Origin: Azolla caroliniana
Lineage: Eukaryota; Plantae; Polypodiophyta
Direction of reading: 5' to 3'
Assembly (NCBI GenBank): GCA_043228905.1
Contig: JBHGNT010000006.1
Coordinates: 22,568,001 to 22,632,000, forward strand
DNA: 64,000 bases
Below, one piece after another: positions 61,719 to 64,000 of the stretch (position 1 is the stretch's first letter; each line of letters begins with the position of its first letter). The notes under the pieces are model-generated. The model was not told the DNA's origin. It ran no database searches and worked only from the letters and a program-made list of their open reading frames with translations. The position numbers and the translations under genes are program-made.

Positions 61719-62820
61719 CTGTCTCTCTCTCTCACACACACAACCACATTAGTGCGTCACTTCAGCTACTACAATTTCATTTCGTGTGGTCATTCACTCT
61801 ATCTCTGGAATTCTCGTCAAGAAGGAAATAGCATCGACAAAGATCATTTTGCCATTGTCGTCGCCCGCTAAACGTTGCACACCACCACATTACCGCCGCC
61901 TACACATCAATCCACTACACCACTGATTCTAGTTCGGGTGCGTCTTCGACAACAAAGAACAACCCGACAATAAACCTAAAACGGCTAATTCATCTCCTCC
62001 ATAACCATTAGTGGATAGAGGCCCGGTGCTTGTCTGCTCCTGTGTGACACGCACATCGCGACGTTTGGCACGTGTGTCACGCGCCATGTGACATTGTCCT
62101 CTAGACATCCCTTTATCGGGATGTCGTCCAAAAATGCCATGGTGATGTTTGGGATGTAGTCTCTCGGCACTTTGTTCATTGCATTCACCATGTGTGCCAC
62201 CAAATTCGTACTTCCTTGTAGCAAGGTACACATCTGAACTAAGCTGAGGGGTCCACATCGTCATGATGTCCCTACTTTCGACGGCTAGCTGGAACTGGTT
62301 GTACCCGGAGTATAAGTCGTCGACCAAGTAGATCGACCTTCCGATAAAGGCCTCTACAAACTCATCGATGGACGGCCTGACCCCTGCAATCCGAATCATC
62401 ACCTTGTTGACATGTTGAAGGTCTTGGATGAAGCACAATGTATCGTTATTCATCGGCACCGTGAACCACCGATTAGAATACGGGGCACTCGACGACTTGA
62501 GGATCCCCATATCGACCTTCTCCTTGAGCAGCTCCATTACCTTCGGGATGTGATCTCTCAGCATCGGAATTAGCTTGAGATTCCATGGTACATGTGGTAC
62601 CGTGAAGATCACCAACGGTTCCACGATTGTTGGGTCGATGCACCCGATCTCATCCGGCGAGAATGCAAAGGCCTTCTCGTGCCTCTCGAGCATTCCCCGA
62701 AATTGGTCCTCTTCTGCCGATAGCAGAAAGCCACCCCCACCAAACTTAAAACTTCCGTAGTGAGGGAGCCACGACTGGACTCACCTTCTTGTCCACAATC
62801 TTATATTTGGTGTTGAATCG

Positions 62821-63050
62821 GGTTGGATTCGTCCATATTTCAACCTCACTCTGATACCAGTTTGATGAGAAATATGGAACCGGAATCGGACAACGACCAA
62901 GTCTACTAAAATCTACCTAGATTCTTTGTCAAACAATGGACACAATACATGATACAAACAAAAAAGGTAAAGTACAGAGACACATAGAGTTTTACATGGA
63001 ATCCTTGAACGAGAAAAACCACGGGTGTCAGGGCCAAAGCTAGGAACGAG
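62821..63050 (-). mobile_element. copia LTR 3' part, tRNA-iMet PBS and first gag codons (MDES)
   Basis: ctctgatacca at ~62849-62859. ATGGACGAATC matches the gag start of the 11783 element, and the LTR motif gaaaaaccacggg is present. Confidence 0.7.
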
Positions 63051-63419
63051 TTTTAAAATGGAGAAGAGAATGAGAAGCTAAAGATATGAGAGAAATGAGA
63101 GAGATAAGAAGAATTTGATAATATATTAACAACAAGAGCAATGTTTACAAGAATATGCTGAAGATTGGCGTTGAACCAGAATGGTTCATCAATAGTCAAA
63201 TACATGTTTATATAACATGATTTGGATACATGCATGCTCGCCACTTGGCAATCATGCGTTAGCCTATGTAAGGTGACGACATTTCAATAATATTATTATA
63301 TATATTTCCTATTGATATAATAAAATTTATTATTTAATATGTATAATATGATATATCCTAGTGGTTGGGGTTATATTCTTTCATTGAGGAAGTCATGGCT
63401 TCGAATCACCATAAAGTTT

Positions 63420-64000
63420 ATTGGGTTTTATATACACATGACACCATCCCCCTCCTTTGATGACGAGTTCCACGAGTCCTAATGCATGAATTCAGACTTG
63501 GCTTATTTGGATATCCGGACAACCAATCCACGAGATAATCAAGCTTTTTACGTACTATCTTGGAGTCCAAAATAGCTTTGACTTCAAATGTAAGGTGGGG
63601 GTAGAACAACCCGATTTGGAATGGAACTACCAATGTAGGGTTCCAACAATGAGACATGAAATACCGGATGTAGATGCATCTGTGGAGGTAGATCAAGGCG
63701 GAGTGCAATATCATTAATTTGATAGTAACTATACACGATCCCCAATTTGAAACTTCGGTTCCTTTGGTGAAGAGTCTAGACGGTGATGATTTGCGGCTTT
63801 TTTGTGTGTGGCTTGAGCAGTTTGCAATGTTGAGAAAGTGCAACAAGCACATCTTGGAGTTGACGCAAACGATCTCCAATAGTAGGATTTTTCGAGATTT
63901 CCTTATGTGCAATCATTGTCCAATGAGGATGATATCCTATGTTTGCAAAAAATGGAGTATACCCTGTTGAGGAATGAATTGAATTATTGTATGCAATTTC
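63420..64000 (-). mobile_element. Chromovirus (Tcn1-like) integrase/chromodomain remnant with PPT
   Basis: [10 protein letters not shown] in one frame and [23 protein letters not shown] chromodomain. GGAGGGGGATGG is followed by TGTCATG at ~63443. Confidence 0.75.

Larger units (their letters stand above)
56033..62093 (+). mobile_element. Non-autonomous gypsy-type LTR element with tRNA-Trp PBS
   Basis: 5' LTR 56033-57779 and 3' LTR 60245-62093, both starting TGTCATGAAGATTTTCGGCA. PBS TGGTGAACCCGACGTGAA (57786-57803) is complementary to the plant tRNA-Trp 3' end. PPT GGTGGGGGTGGA at 60233-60244. Flanks are GCGT and TTGT. No RT or RH. Confidence 0.9.
55741..62820 (-). pseudogene. Ty3/gypsy RT fragment split by the 56033-62093 insertion
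   Basis: 62820-62094 reads TKYKIVDKKV, VIFTVPHVPWNL, APYSNRWFTVP, DLYSGYNQF, MCTLLQGSTN and FLDDIPIKG. It continues at 56032-55745 (AKEELIRADGCR...ILQRLEGARLTFS...EVRWFLG). Confidence 0.88.

Overview
This is eukaryotic land-plant nuclear DNA, with GT-AG introns, plastid transit peptides and heavy CpG decay. The retroelement types suggest a non-seed plant such as a fern or lycophyte (inference). There are five host genes, all on the minus strand: a large PWWP-domain chromatin protein running off the left edge, a complete 15-exon soluble starch synthase I, a single-exon plastid membrane protein, NOP16, and an unusually long PLATZ transcription factor. Between them lie a near-intact Ty1/copia element, several solo LTRs, decayed copia, gypsy and LINE fragments, hAT-type MITEs, tRNA-derived repeats and minisatellites. 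The most striking pattern is a group of gypsy-type LTR elements with TGTCRYR...YRYGACA ends. All five of their insertions made 4-bp target duplications centred on a CpG ([G/C]CGT). Most of their LTRs carry an antisense tRNA-like Pol III A/B-box module. One copy is a tRNA-Trp-primed element lacking pol, with a single open ~713-codon acidic Cys/His-rich repeat ORF in place of gag-pol.
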